Below, one piece after another: positions 8,031-16,850 of a stretch of DNA of 64,000 bases. This DNA comes from Candidatus Gastranaerophilales bacterium. Lineage in GTDB: Bacteria > Cyanobacteriota > Vampirovibrionia > Gastranaerophilales > Gastranaerophilaceae. The stretch spans positions 31,873 to 95,872 of the forward strand of contig CALVBY010000001.1 of NCBI GenBank assembly GCA_944325905.1, in the 5' to 3' direction. The notes under the pieces are model-generated. The model searched no databases and was not told the origin of the DNA. It saw nothing but the letters and a program-made list of their open reading frames with translations. The first letter of the stretch is position 1; the number at the start of each line of letters is the position of its first letter. The position numbers and the translations under genes are program-made.

Positions 8031-10418
8031 TTGGAAAATCTGGAAAAAATAAAACTTGCAATAGACGTTGAAGTTAAACATCGTTATATTAATATACACG
8101 GAAAAAAACAGTCATTTTCCGATTTTATAAAAAAAGAAGCTCAAAAAAACTACAAGAATTCTAAAAAAAATCCCAAATGGGCTATTATGGTTGAAACTTT
8201 TGAGCACTACCCTTTTGCCTCAGTAACTGAGAGAAGACGCTCTATCGAAAGACTCATTAAAGTTATAAGGGCTGAGTTAGCCAATAATGAAAATTCTGAA
8301 ACTAATTTAACAAATCATGAAGAAATTAAAAAGCCTGCTGATCTTACAGATGTCACTTACATCAAAGGTGTAGGCCCAAAAGTCGCATACAAACTAAACA
8401 AACTCAATATCCACACAGCACAAGATTTAATATACTACTTTCCTAAAAAACATATTGACTATTCTTCCAGAACGCTTATTCGAGACCTGAAAGAGGGTGA
8501 AACTACAACCGTTTTTGGTTACATCAAATCAGTTTCCGCATTCAATTCAAAGAATAATCTATCGGTAATTAAAGTAACAATCGCGGATGAAAGCGGTAGT
8601 TTTGAACTTAATTTTTTTCAAGCAAAAAGCAACAGGTTTATGCTTGAAAGAATAAAATCCCAATTTCCGCATAATGCAGGGATTATGGTATCAGGCAAAG
8701 TAAAAATGAACAACTACAGCCACAAATTAACAATGGATAAACCTACCTACTCAATTATGACAGGTGAATTCCTTGCAAATTCCAATTCAAACCTCAACCT
8801 TGCAAGAATAGTTCCAATATATACCGTATGCGAAGATTTAAATATAAAAACGCTTCGAAAAGCCATCTATAATGCAATTCAACTCTACAAAAATGAAATT
8901 CAAAACATAATTCCGGACGAAATAAAAGAACGATTAGGACTTTTAGATAAAAAAATTGCAATTGAACAAATCCACTTTCCTGAAAATCAAGACATATTAG
9001 AAAAGGCAAGATTTTCTCTAATATTTGAAGAACTGTTCCGAATGCAAGTCAAACTTTTAAGGTTACGGGAAAACACAGCTAAAAACATCTCCTCTGTAGC
9101 TCTAAACATAAAAAAAGACGGACTTGTGCAGAAATTTATTAATAGCCTTCCGTTTGAATTAACAAAAGGACAAAAAGATGCCGTAAACGAAATACTTAAC
9201 GATCTTCATTCTGAAGCACCAATGCAAAGACTTCTTCAAGGAGATGTCGGTAGCGGCAAAACCGTAGTAGCTACAATTATGCTGCTTGCTGCAATAGAAA
9301 ACGGCTATCAAGGCGCAATAATGGCACCAACTGAGATTTTAGCCCAACAACATTACAATAATATGGTCCAATGGCTTACACCGCTTGGCCTGAGCGTTGG
9401 ATTATTTTTGGGAAGCCAAGGTAAAAAAGTTAGGACACAATTAGAAACGGCACTAAGAAACGGACAAATGAATATAGCAGTAGGAACACATGCCCTAATT
9501 CAAGACAACATCGAATTTGCAAACTTAGGAGCCATCGTCGTCGATGAACAACACAGATTTGGAGTAAAACAACGCAATATTTTAAAGAAAAAATCACAAA
9601 ATCCACAAATTCTAACAATGACTGCAACACCAATTCCAAGAACACTTGCTCTCACTGTACACGGGGATTTAGACTTAACCGTAATAAATGAACTTCCAAA
9701 AGGTCGATTGCCTATAAAAACCAGCCTTACAAGCTCACACAGAGGAGTCTGGGAACTTGTCAGACGCGAATTGAACTATGGAAGACAAGCCTATGTGGTG
9801 TATCCGCTAATTGAAGAGAGTGAAACCCTTTCTGCAAAAGCTGCAACAATTGAAGCTGAAAAATTGCAAACAGAAATTTTCCCGGATTTCAAAGTCGGAC
9901 TATTACACGGCAAACTAAAAAATGACGAAAAAGAAAGTGTAATGCAGGATTTTAAAAACGGCAAATATGATATTTTAGTATCAACAACAGTTGTTGAAGT
10001 CGGTGTAGATGTTCCAAATGCAACGGTCATGGTGATAGAAAATGCCGAACGATTCGGCCTTTCCCAATTGCACCAATTGAGAGGAAGAGTTGGCAGAAGC
10101 AGTCTACAATCCTATTGTATTTTGGTGAGCTCAAGTCGCTCTCAAGAAACGCGTGAACGTCTCAATATCATGACACAAACCAATGACGGATTTGTCATAG
10201 CCGAAAAAGACCTTCAACTAAGAGGCCCCGGTGAATTTTTAGGCACCAGACAAAGCGGACTACCCGATCTGATTATTTCTGATATTGTTCGTGACGCAAA
10301 AATTTTAGAGTTAGCCAGAAACGAAGCAATCGAATTTTTAAAAAATAATAATATTGATGATTACCCGAAATTAAAAGAGGCAACATCCTTGGATATGTTT
10401 ACAGGGTTAGATATATAA
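8031..10418 (+). CDS. recG: ATP-dependent DNA helicase RecG
   Basis: HhH/wedge N-terminal region, helicase motifs GDVGSGKT, DEQHRFG, TATPIPRT, QLHQLRGRVGR. Apparent TTG start directly abuts the cyclase stop codon, so the start is uncertain. Confidence 0.9.
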   Translation: MENLEKIKLAIDVEVKHRYINIHGKKQSFSDFIKKEAQKNYKNSKKNPKWAIMVETFEHYPFASVTERRRSIERLIKVIRAELANNENSETNLTNHEEIKKPADLTDVTYIKGVGPKVAYKLNKLNIHTAQDLIYYFPKKHIDYSSRTLIRDLKEGETTTVFGYIKSVSAFNSKNNLSVIKVTIADESGSFELNFFQAKSNRFMLERIKSQFPHNAGIMVSGKVKMNNYSHKLTMDKPTYSIMTGEFLANSNSNLNLARIVPIYTVCEDLNIKTLRKAIYNAIQLYKNEIQNIIPDEIKERLGLLDKKIAIEQIHFPENQDILEKARFSLIFEELFRMQVKLLRLRENTAKNISSVALNIKKDGLVQKFINSLPFELTKGQKDAVNEILNDLHSEAPMQRLLQGDVGSGKTVVATIMLLAAIENGYQGAIMAPTEILAQQHYNNMVQWLTPLGLSVGLFLGSQGKKVRTQLETALRNGQMNIAVGTHALIQDNIEFANLGAIVVDEQHRFGVKQRNILKKKSQNPQILTMTATPIPRTLALTVHGDLDLTVINELPKGRLPIKTSLTSSHRGVWELVRRELNYGRQAYVVYPLIEESETLSAKAATIEAEKLQTEIFPDFKVGLLHGKLKNDEKESVMQDFKNGKYDILVSTTVVEVGVDVPNATVMVIENAERFGLSQLHQLRGRVGRSSLQSYCILVSSSRSQETRERLNIMTQTNDGFVIAEKDLQLRGPGEFLGTRQSGLPDLIISDIVRDAKILELARNEAIEFLKNNNIDDYPKLKEATSLDMFTGLDI

Positions 10419-10505
10419 GACTTTTGGGCATATTAAATATCAAAGGGATAGACAAATATTAAGAATTATTACAAAAAATACCCTAATTTAGCAATTATAT
10501 AGTAA

Positions 10506-10526
10506 GTATATACTTTTTATATATAC
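10506..10526 (+). promoter_or_regulatory. Copy A (variant) of the shared AT-rich promoter-like element
   Basis: GTATATACTTTTTATATATAC lies 24 nt upstream of the ATG at 10550. Same core as the copies at 11576, 45649 and 29192(-), with two extra Ts. Confidence 0.5.
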
Positions 10527-10549
10527 GAGTTTAAATATGGGAGAATAAT

Positions 10550-11524
10550 ATGCCAATAAGACATGCAATGTCATTTTCAACAAGAAGACCACAAGTAGCT
10601 GTATTTAACAGAACTACAGTGATAAATCAGCAGACTAGCTGCAGACAAACCGGCAACGGAGCATTTTGGGGCGGTTTTTTAGGCGGCTTATTTTCAGGCG
10701 TAGGCAACATGCTTATGAATACACGCACAGTTAATTTAGACGGACAAAACCCATATGCATACTTGAATAATCAAGGACAAGAACCTGCTAAAACTACAAA
10801 CAAAGACTTAGATATTCTAAATAAACACTTTGGAGATAAATACATAATAAGCGAAAGAGATGGTAAATTTATAGCAACACCTAAAGGCGGAGGTGAACCT
10901 ATAACCGGAACATTTGATGAAATGTTAGATAAATTATCAACACCAAGTAAACCAAGTCCAAGACAACAAGCAGCACTTGAGGAATTATCTGAAACAATCG
11001 CAGCACAAGAGCCTGAAGGTGCTGGCGGATTAGAAGATCCGAATGATGGCAACAAACCGGCAGATGAATACAAAATCACAGAAATTCCTGGTAACAAAAC
11101 ATATACGGTACAAAATGGCAACACCTGGTACGGAATTGTTATGGCAAAATATGATATTCCTCAAGGTGTAAACATAAAAGACGTTGCATATGCACTTGCT
11201 GCAGCAAACTCAGGCGCTGAAGGGGCAGAAGCTATGCAAAAAGCAAAACAAGGTGTATATTTCAAAGTTGGAGATAATATACAACTTCCGGATAAATTAA
11301 CTGTAAATGGACAAGAAATTTCATTAAAATCAGATTACGAAAATAGTGCAGTTGCACAACAAAAATATGGATTTACAAATGCAACAAACTGGGCGGTAAC
11401 GGTAACTCAAGTAGGTTCAACATGGCAACTACACAAAAATGGAGAACTACAAGGAACATACAACTCACAAGCTGAAGCCGAAACAGCAAAACAATCAATG
11501 ATGCAAGCTAATACTGAGGAGTAA
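10550..11524 (+). CDS. Membrane-anchored hypothetical protein with LysM-like domain (paralog of 11620..12873)
   Basis: N-terminal FWGGFLGGLF glycine-rich hydrophobic segment. Block YAYLN...LNKHF..Y.ISERDGKFIAT...FDEMLDKL is shared with the next gene. YTVQNGNTWYGIVMAKY...VGDNIQLP resembles LysM. Confidence 0.7.
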   Translation: MPIRHAMSFSTRRPQVAVFNRTTVINQQTSCRQTGNGAFWGGFLGGLFSGVGNMLMNTRTVNLDGQNPYAYLNNQGQEPAKTTNKDLDILNKHFGDKYIISERDGKFIATPKGGGEPITGTFDEMLDKLSTPSKPSPRQQAALEELSETIAAQEPEGAGGLEDPNDGNKPADEYKITEIPGNKTYTVQNGNTWYGIVMAKYDIPQGVNIKDVAYALAAANSGAEGAEAMQKAKQGVYFKVGDNIQLPDKLTVNGQEISLKSDYENSAVAQQKYGFTNATNWAVTVTQVGSTWQLHKNGELQGTYNSQAEAETAKQSMMQANTEE

Positions 11525-11563
11525 TTTGTAAATATATGTAAACAAAATTTTAAAACCGGACAA

Positions 11564-11592
11564 TTGTATAAATAATATATACTTTATATATA
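11564..11592 (+). promoter_or_regulatory. Copy B of the shared promoter-like element (-35 TTGTAT, 17-nt spacer, -10 TATATA)
   Basis: Exact TATATACTTTATATATA at 11576-11592. The ATG at 11620 is preceded by AGAGAGG. Confidence 0.55.
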
Positions 11593-11619
11593 TAAGTAAT
11601 AATATAGAGAGGTATAAAA

Positions 11620-12873
11620 ATGGTACACGGATTATACAGACCTTGGATGCGAACACCACACCCTATGGTAATGAACAAAACCGTAATAGTTAATCAACAA
11701 CCTCATTGTCATAGAAGCAATGGGGGATTTTGGGGTGGTTTTTTAGGTGGATTCTTAGGAGGAGGACTGTTTAATTCAGGTCTATTTGGCAACATATTCG
11801 GATTTGGAAGTGGTATGACAGGCATGTATGGCGGAGGTATGATGCCAGGCATGATGATGCCAACTATGATGCCTGGTGCAACAAATAACTATGCATACCT
11901 TAACCAACTTCCTGGTAATAATCCCGCAAATCAAACAAATACTGATGTAACTATATTACAAAAGCACTTTCCAGATTACACTATAAGTGAACGTGACGGG
12001 AAATTCATAGCAACAGACAAAGATGGCAATCTAATTGAAGGAGATAGCTTTGATGACATGCTGGCAAAACTTGGAGGAACAACGCCTGCAACCGAAAATC
12101 CAGAGACGCAGAACATGAACGAAATAAAACAAGCCGCACTACGCCAAGGGCAGTTGATAGAAGTTAAAGAAGAAGCAGAAAAATTCATGAAAAATGAAGA
12201 TGTAATCGCCTCAGGGGCCAAAATAAGCGTAATTGAAGATGGAGAAAATTTTGCCCAATACCAATTAACACTAAAAGATGGCACAACAAAAATAGTAAGG
12301 GATATAACTAGTGCATACGAAGAACTCGGAATAAGCTTCAATGGCAATGATGAAACCGACGCTCCGGAGGACACGACTGTAACCCCTGAAGATACTCCTG
12401 AAAATCCCCCTTCCGGAAACGTGACACACCAAAATAGTGGCAGCAACAAGGCAAATGGCTGGGAAAGAATATTTAGCAGTGACCGCAACGAAACATCAGG
12501 ATTTGGCGGTAACTATCAAATTGATGGTAAGGCACAAGCTTACAATGCAAACGATATAGAAAATGCAAAATCTGCACAAGAAGTAGCAAGGTATATGCTT
12601 TTAACAGAAATGGGCCTACCTGCACCAACAGATGCCAGTGAAGATTTGATTAATGAGATAATCCAACACAACCCGAGTGTATTTAATAAAGACGGTTCTG
12701 TAAAAGAAAATGCAGACTGGACAAAACTTGATTTACCAACTGCAGAGTATCTTAAACGAAAAGGCTATCCAATAAACGAAAAAACATCAAATGGAAATAA
12801 AGCAGAAAAGCCTAAAGCAACGCCTATGGAAATACCAATAAATGCATATGCCTCAACACAACCATTTAAATAA
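11620..12873 (+). CDS. Membrane-anchored Gly/Met-rich hypothetical protein (paralog of 10550..11524)
   Basis: FWGGFLGGFLGGGLF plus a G/M-rich low-complexity stretch, then the conserved ISERDGKFIAT module. Divergent C-terminus. Strong terminator downstream. Confidence 0.7.
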   Translation: MVHGLYRPWMRTPHPMVMNKTVIVNQQPHCHRSNGGFWGGFLGGFLGGGLFNSGLFGNIFGFGSGMTGMYGGGMMPGMMMPTMMPGATNNYAYLNQLPGNNPANQTNTDVTILQKHFPDYTISERDGKFIATDKDGNLIEGDSFDDMLAKLGGTTPATENPETQNMNEIKQAALRQGQLIEVKEEAEKFMKNEDVIASGAKISVIEDGENFAQYQLTLKDGTTKIVRDITSAYEELGISFNGNDETDAPEDTTVTPEDTPENPPSGNVTHQNSGSNKANGWERIFSSDRNETSGFGGNYQIDGKAQAYNANDIENAKSAQEVARYMLLTEMGLPAPTDASEDLINEIIQHNPSVFNKDGSVKENADWTKLDLPTAEYLKRKGYPINEKTSNGNKAEKPKATPMEIPINAYASTQPFK

Positions 12874-12902
12874 TAAATAAAATTCAAATCTTTACAAACA
12901 AG

Positions 12903-12941
12903 CAAAGAACCTGTATAATAAACACAGGTTCTTTGTTTTTA
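12903..12941 (+). terminator. Rho-independent terminator
   Basis: 12-bp stem CAAAGAACCTGT / ACAGGTTCTTTG followed by TTTTT. Confidence 0.85.
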
Positions 12942-12974
12942 TTGCAAAGGTAGTTTTCAAAAAAAGGAGTTAAT

Positions 12975-13412
12975 ATGGACCATTTAAAGGTAGCAATCGG
13001 AAGTGACCACGGCGGTTTCAAGTACAAACAAAAGATTATTGAATACTTACAAGCAAGAAATATTGAATACACTGATGTTGGAACATACAAAATGGAAGCG
13101 TGTGATTATCCGGAATATGCAAGAAAAGTAGCCGAACTTGTTGTTTCAGGACAGGTTGATCGAGGCATATTAGTTTGTGGAACAGGAATTGGTATGTCAA
13201 TCACTGCAAACAAAATAAGAGGCATCCGCGCTGCACTTTGTGGCGACACATATTCAGCCAGAGTATCACGAGCACACAACAATGCAAATATTCTTTGCTT
13301 AGGTGAACGAGTAATCGGTGAACACTTGGCCTTGGATATTGTTGATGTATGGTTAAAAACAGGATTTGAAGGCGGAAGACACAAACGCAGAGTAGATATG
13401 ATTGAGGGCTAA
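12975..13412 (+). CDS. rpiB: Ribose-5-phosphate isomerase B
   Basis: The pattern KVAIGSDHGGFKYK...GILVCGTGIGMSITANK...RAALC is typical of RpiB/LacAB. AAGGAG ribosome-binding site. Confidence 0.92.
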   Translation: MDHLKVAIGSDHGGFKYKQKIIEYLQARNIEYTDVGTYKMEACDYPEYARKVAELVVSGQVDRGILVCGTGIGMSITANKIRGIRAALCGDTYSARVSRAHNNANILCLGERVIGEHLALDIVDVWLKTGFEGGRHKRRVDMIEG

Positions 13413-13413
13413 T

Positions 13414-13806
13414 ATGGTAGAAGTTGATTCAAACAAGCTTGCCTGTGTTATAGCCAGAGTTTTGGATGATAAATTAGCAAGTAATATTTCCATTCTAAAT
13501 ATAAGCAACGTATCCTCTTTGGGCGATTATTTTGTAATTGCATCAGCAGATTCACCTACTCAAGTAAAGTCACTTATGATGAGTGTAAAAGAAATGATAA
13601 AAAAGCATTTTGAGCGCTTACCTATAAGGACGGAAAATGACTTGAAAAACAGATGGAACTTGCTGGATTATGGCGATGTTATAGTACACATACTGCATAA
13701 AGATGAACGTGAAACTTATGCAATAGAAAAATTCTGGAGTCATGCGTTCAGTATTTCTGAAGAAACTTGGAAAGAGAATTCAAAAGAATACAGTGAATAC
13801 CAATAA
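13414..13806 (+). CDS. rsfS: Ribosome silencing factor RsfS (Iojap-like)
   Basis: DYFVIASADSPTQVKS...NRWNLLDYGDVIVHILHKDERETYAIEKFW matches the RsfS signature. ATG at 13414 after GAGGG. Confidence 0.88.
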   Translation: MVEVDSNKLACVIARVLDDKLASNISILNISNVSSLGDYFVIASADSPTQVKSLMMSVKEMIKKHFERLPIRTENDLKNRWNLLDYGDVIVHILHKDERETYAIEKFWSHAFSISEETWKENSKEYSEYQ

Positions 13807-13831
13807 AAAACTTTTAAGTTTTAAATATAAA

Positions 13832-13880
13832 ATTGACAGTTTCTGTGATACAACTCGAGAGACTGTCAATTTGCTTTATA
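13832..13880 (+). terminator. Possible terminator hairpin after rsfS
   Basis: ATTGACAGT (13832-13840) / ACTGTCAAT (13862-13870), long loop, weak T tail. Confidence 0.35.
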
Positions 13881-13935
13881 TCTTAACTTTTCTATACAAT
13901 TTTACAAATCAAACCAAATAGGATAAAATGAAAGC

Positions 13936-15003
13936 ATGGATAAATTAGAATTAGATAAACAAATTAACGAAGCCATTATGGAAATGGCAAAAGATCCGCA
14001 AAATGCCCAAGGCTACCACAAACTTGCGGAATTATACATGCAACAGGAAAATTATGACAAGGTAATGTCAGTGTTAGAAAGCTTGTTAGCTATTCATCCT
14101 GATGATATTCAAGCCCTAGTTGGTATGGGGACTATGTGGTTTTATGAAAAAGATTTTAGAAAATCTCTATCATATTACAACAAGGCCCTGGAAATTAATC
14201 CGAAAAACTTCTTGATATACTTTAATATCGGCAACGTTTTTGCGGAATGGAAGAATTTTCCAAAAGCACTTTTTTATTATAATCGTGCAATAGATTTGAA
14301 TTCGACAAATCCTGAAATTTATAACGCTATTGCGCTTTTATACGCAGATTTTGAAGATTATATTGAATCAAAAGCATATTACGAAAAAGCGCTTTCGCTT
14401 GATCCTGAAAACCTTACAGCTTTGATTGATATGGGTAATGTTTGCTTCAAACTTTATGACTATGAAACGGCGTTGGATTTATATAAACGAGTATTTGTTT
14501 TGAATCCTGACAACAAAGTTGTTGCAATATGCATTGGTAACACTTTAACATTAATGAAGGAGCGCGAACAGGCTTATAGTTATTTTGAAAAAGCACTTAA
14601 AATGGAAGGCGATAACTACAAAGCATACATATGCTATGCGATTGCACTTTCTGAATTCAAAGAATACAATATGGCTGAAGAGATGTACAAACGTGCAATC
14701 AACCTAAATCCAAAAGAAAAGAATGCCTATGTACTTTTGGCTAACCTTTATACAAACTATAATAGAATTGATTTAGCAATGAATATGTACAAAGAAGCAT
14801 TAAGGGCAAAACCTAACGATGCAGAAACATATATGCTTCTTGGAAATGCACACTACCTTGATGGTGATATCGAAAAGGCTATTGCATCTTACAGATCTTC
14901 AATTAATATTGAACCTGAAAATGATGAATATAAGTTAGTATACAACCAAGTACTAGACGAATATATTGATAAAAAGCGTAATGGAGAACTTGAAAGAGCA
15001 TAA
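13936..15003 (+). CDS. Tetratricopeptide (TPR) repeat protein
   Basis: About nine consecutive 34-residue repeats with the A..Y.KAL.L.P.N pattern. Confidence 0.85.
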   Translation: MDKLELDKQINEAIMEMAKDPQNAQGYHKLAELYMQQENYDKVMSVLESLLAIHPDDIQALVGMGTMWFYEKDFRKSLSYYNKALEINPKNFLIYFNIGNVFAEWKNFPKALFYYNRAIDLNSTNPEIYNAIALLYADFEDYIESKAYYEKALSLDPENLTALIDMGNVCFKLYDYETALDLYKRVFVLNPDNKVVAICIGNTLTLMKEREQAYSYFEKALKMEGDNYKAYICYAIALSEFKEYNMAEEMYKRAINLNPKEKNAYVLLANLYTNYNRIDLAMNMYKEALRAKPNDAETYMLLGNAHYLDGDIEKAIASYRSSINIEPENDEYKLVYNQVLDEYIDKKRNGELERA

Positions 15004-15419
15004 TGAGTGAATACAGTGCAAAACCCTTTATGATTGAAAGAATTGTTGCAGCATTAAGTTACATCACGATGGGATTTGCAGGCTTTATATGGCTTATTAT
15101 CGGATTATTCACAAAAGCTAATTTAAGACCGTTTATGCAATATCATATTTTTCAATCAATTTTTATATCAATTGCATATTTTCTTCTATGCATGATGTTA
15201 GGCTTTTTGATGAATATTCTAAGTTTTATCCCATTTATAAACAGGCTGGTTGCACAAATTACATTCTTTTTTAATGCACCATTTTTTGGATATTATTCAT
15301 TAATTCAAGTAGTATTATACGGAATAGTTATATATCTTGCGGTAACTTCATTTATGGGATTATATAGCAGAATTCCATGGATTTCTGACATAATTGATCA
15401 AAATGTCGGCCGCCACTAA
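15003..15419 (+). CDS. Small 4-TM integral membrane protein (Tic20/DUF4870-like, tentative)
   Basis: Four hydrophobic segments. ATGA overlap with the TPR gene stop codon. The family call is from general resemblance only. Confidence 0.6.
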   Translation: MSEYSAKPFMIERIVAALSYITMGFAGFIWLIIGLFTKANLRPFMQYHIFQSIFISIAYFLLCMMLGFLMNILSFIPFINRLVAQITFFFNAPFFGYYSLIQVVLYGIVIYLAVTSFMGLYSRIPWISDIIDQNVGRH

Positions 15420-16666
15420 CTTTTTTTGCTCAATACAATTGCGTTAGAAAGAGGAATTCCACCTCTAACTTGAGGGTTATTTACGACACTTCCGTTAACA
15501 TACATAACTGTAGAACCGCCTCCGTCTAGGTTCATTGCATTTACACAACCTATTGATTTCATAAAATTTGCAAGCTGCATTAAGGTCATACCGACAGAAC
15601 TTCCTTCTCTGCCGTCAACAGCTACCAAAATAAGGTTGTTATCCGCAGTGTAGCCTATTGCGCTTCTTGGATTTTTGCCGCCAATAGACCCAAGTTTTTG
15701 GGCAGTCATATCGACAAACACCTCGTTATTTTTAACAAGATACGGGCCGCCGCTTATGATATGACGAACATTTTTCCACTCGGGAATTGTATTTATGACC
15801 AATTTCACTTTATCACCCGTTTTAAATTTATTCAAAACAGATGCAGGCCCAACAATTACATAACCATCAGTTGGAATTACAAGAGGAGATGTTGAGATTT
15901 CAACCACCCTATCGTCACTTACAGCAACTTGTAAACCATATTTTGGGGTTGAGGTTGACGTTTTACCCCATTCAGGCGTATAAGCAAGAACGTAGGTAGA
16001 AAGCATTCTTGGCTGGTTTATATTGTCGACTTTGACTTTATTTTTACCGGATGCAATTGAAGCATCAAGTTGAACTCTTGCTATATCATAACCATCGTCA
16101 AAAATTCCCATAGCTACTCTATCGTAGATAGGACCCGTGTACATTTTTTCGTTAATCATTAAAGTTCCGAGAGGAACACCCGTTTGGGGTTTGAAAAATG
16201 TACCGTTAAGCGCAATTATAGAATCAGTATTTTTTGCAATTGTAGTAATTGTACTTTTACTAGCTAAAGTATCAGAAGCCAAAGCGGGTTTTAAAGTGTA
16301 ATCTTCGGCGAGTTTTGAATTAATTTCAACAACATTAATTTTTACCGGCCTGCCGTCATAATATTTTGTAATTTTTATATGTTTTACCCCTCTATCTACA
16401 TCTGCAATAACAGCTCCCGGATATTTTTGTTTTATTTTATTGTTGAATTCTTGCAAACGTTTTTCTTTAGAGGTTTCATTCATAATTTGAATTGCCGCCT
16501 GCCCTGTATCAAGAGTCGGTGTTGAAACTTTAACCAACAAATCACTCGCCATAATAGGCGTAAAAAGTGTTTGAGTTGTAATAAAAGCACCAACTACAAA
16601 AAAGTTTATAGCTAACCCCAAGATATTCATCAAGCGCCTATCATTGCACAACAACATAGTATCCAT
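15416..16666 (-). CDS. Phosphodiester glycosidase family (NAGPA/DUF2233) secreted protein
   Basis: N-terminal membrane/signal segment. ALNGTFFKP...AIGYTADNNLILVAVDG...AMNLDGGGST motifs. Confidence 0.75.
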   Translation of the reverse strand: MDTMLLCNDRRLMNILGLAINFFVVGAFITTQTLFTPIMASDLLVKVSTPTLDTGQAAIQIMNETSKEKRLQEFNNKIKQKYPGAVIADVDRGVKHIKITKYYDGRPVKINVVEINSKLAEDYTLKPALASDTLASKSTITTIAKNTDSIIALNGTFFKPQTGVPLGTLMINEKMYTGPIYDRVAMGIFDDGYDIARVQLDASIASGKNKVKVDNINQPRMLSTYVLAYTPEWGKTSTSTPKYGLQVAVSDDRVVEISTSPLVIPTDGYVIVGPASVLNKFKTGDKVKLVINTIPEWKNVRHIISGGPYLVKNNEVFVDMTAQKLGSIGGKNPRSAIGYTADNNLILVAVDGREGSSVGMTLMQLANFMKSIGCVNAMNLDGGGSTVMYVNGSVVNNPQVRGGIPLSNAIVLSKKS

Positions 16667-16850
16667 AGCTTTACCTCATAAATTAAAGTAACCGGATACC
16701 TTTTTGTTTATAGAGTGGGGTGGGGAATAACACTCTCTGGGTACTGTTATTATTCCCTGAAAACCCGCTTATATAACAGTTTTAACAGGGATTGAGCATA
16801 TTTTTTACAAAAGTAAATAATGGAAAAAATACACTTAATCTGAAAAATTA
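16667..16850 (-). promoter_or_regulatory. Structured leader / intergenic RNA candidate with mutually exclusive hairpins
   Basis: Hairpins in + coordinates: 16712-17/16731-36, 16723-30/16750-57 and 16743-50/16773-80. They share nucleotides, so they cannot all form together. Confidence 0.3.
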
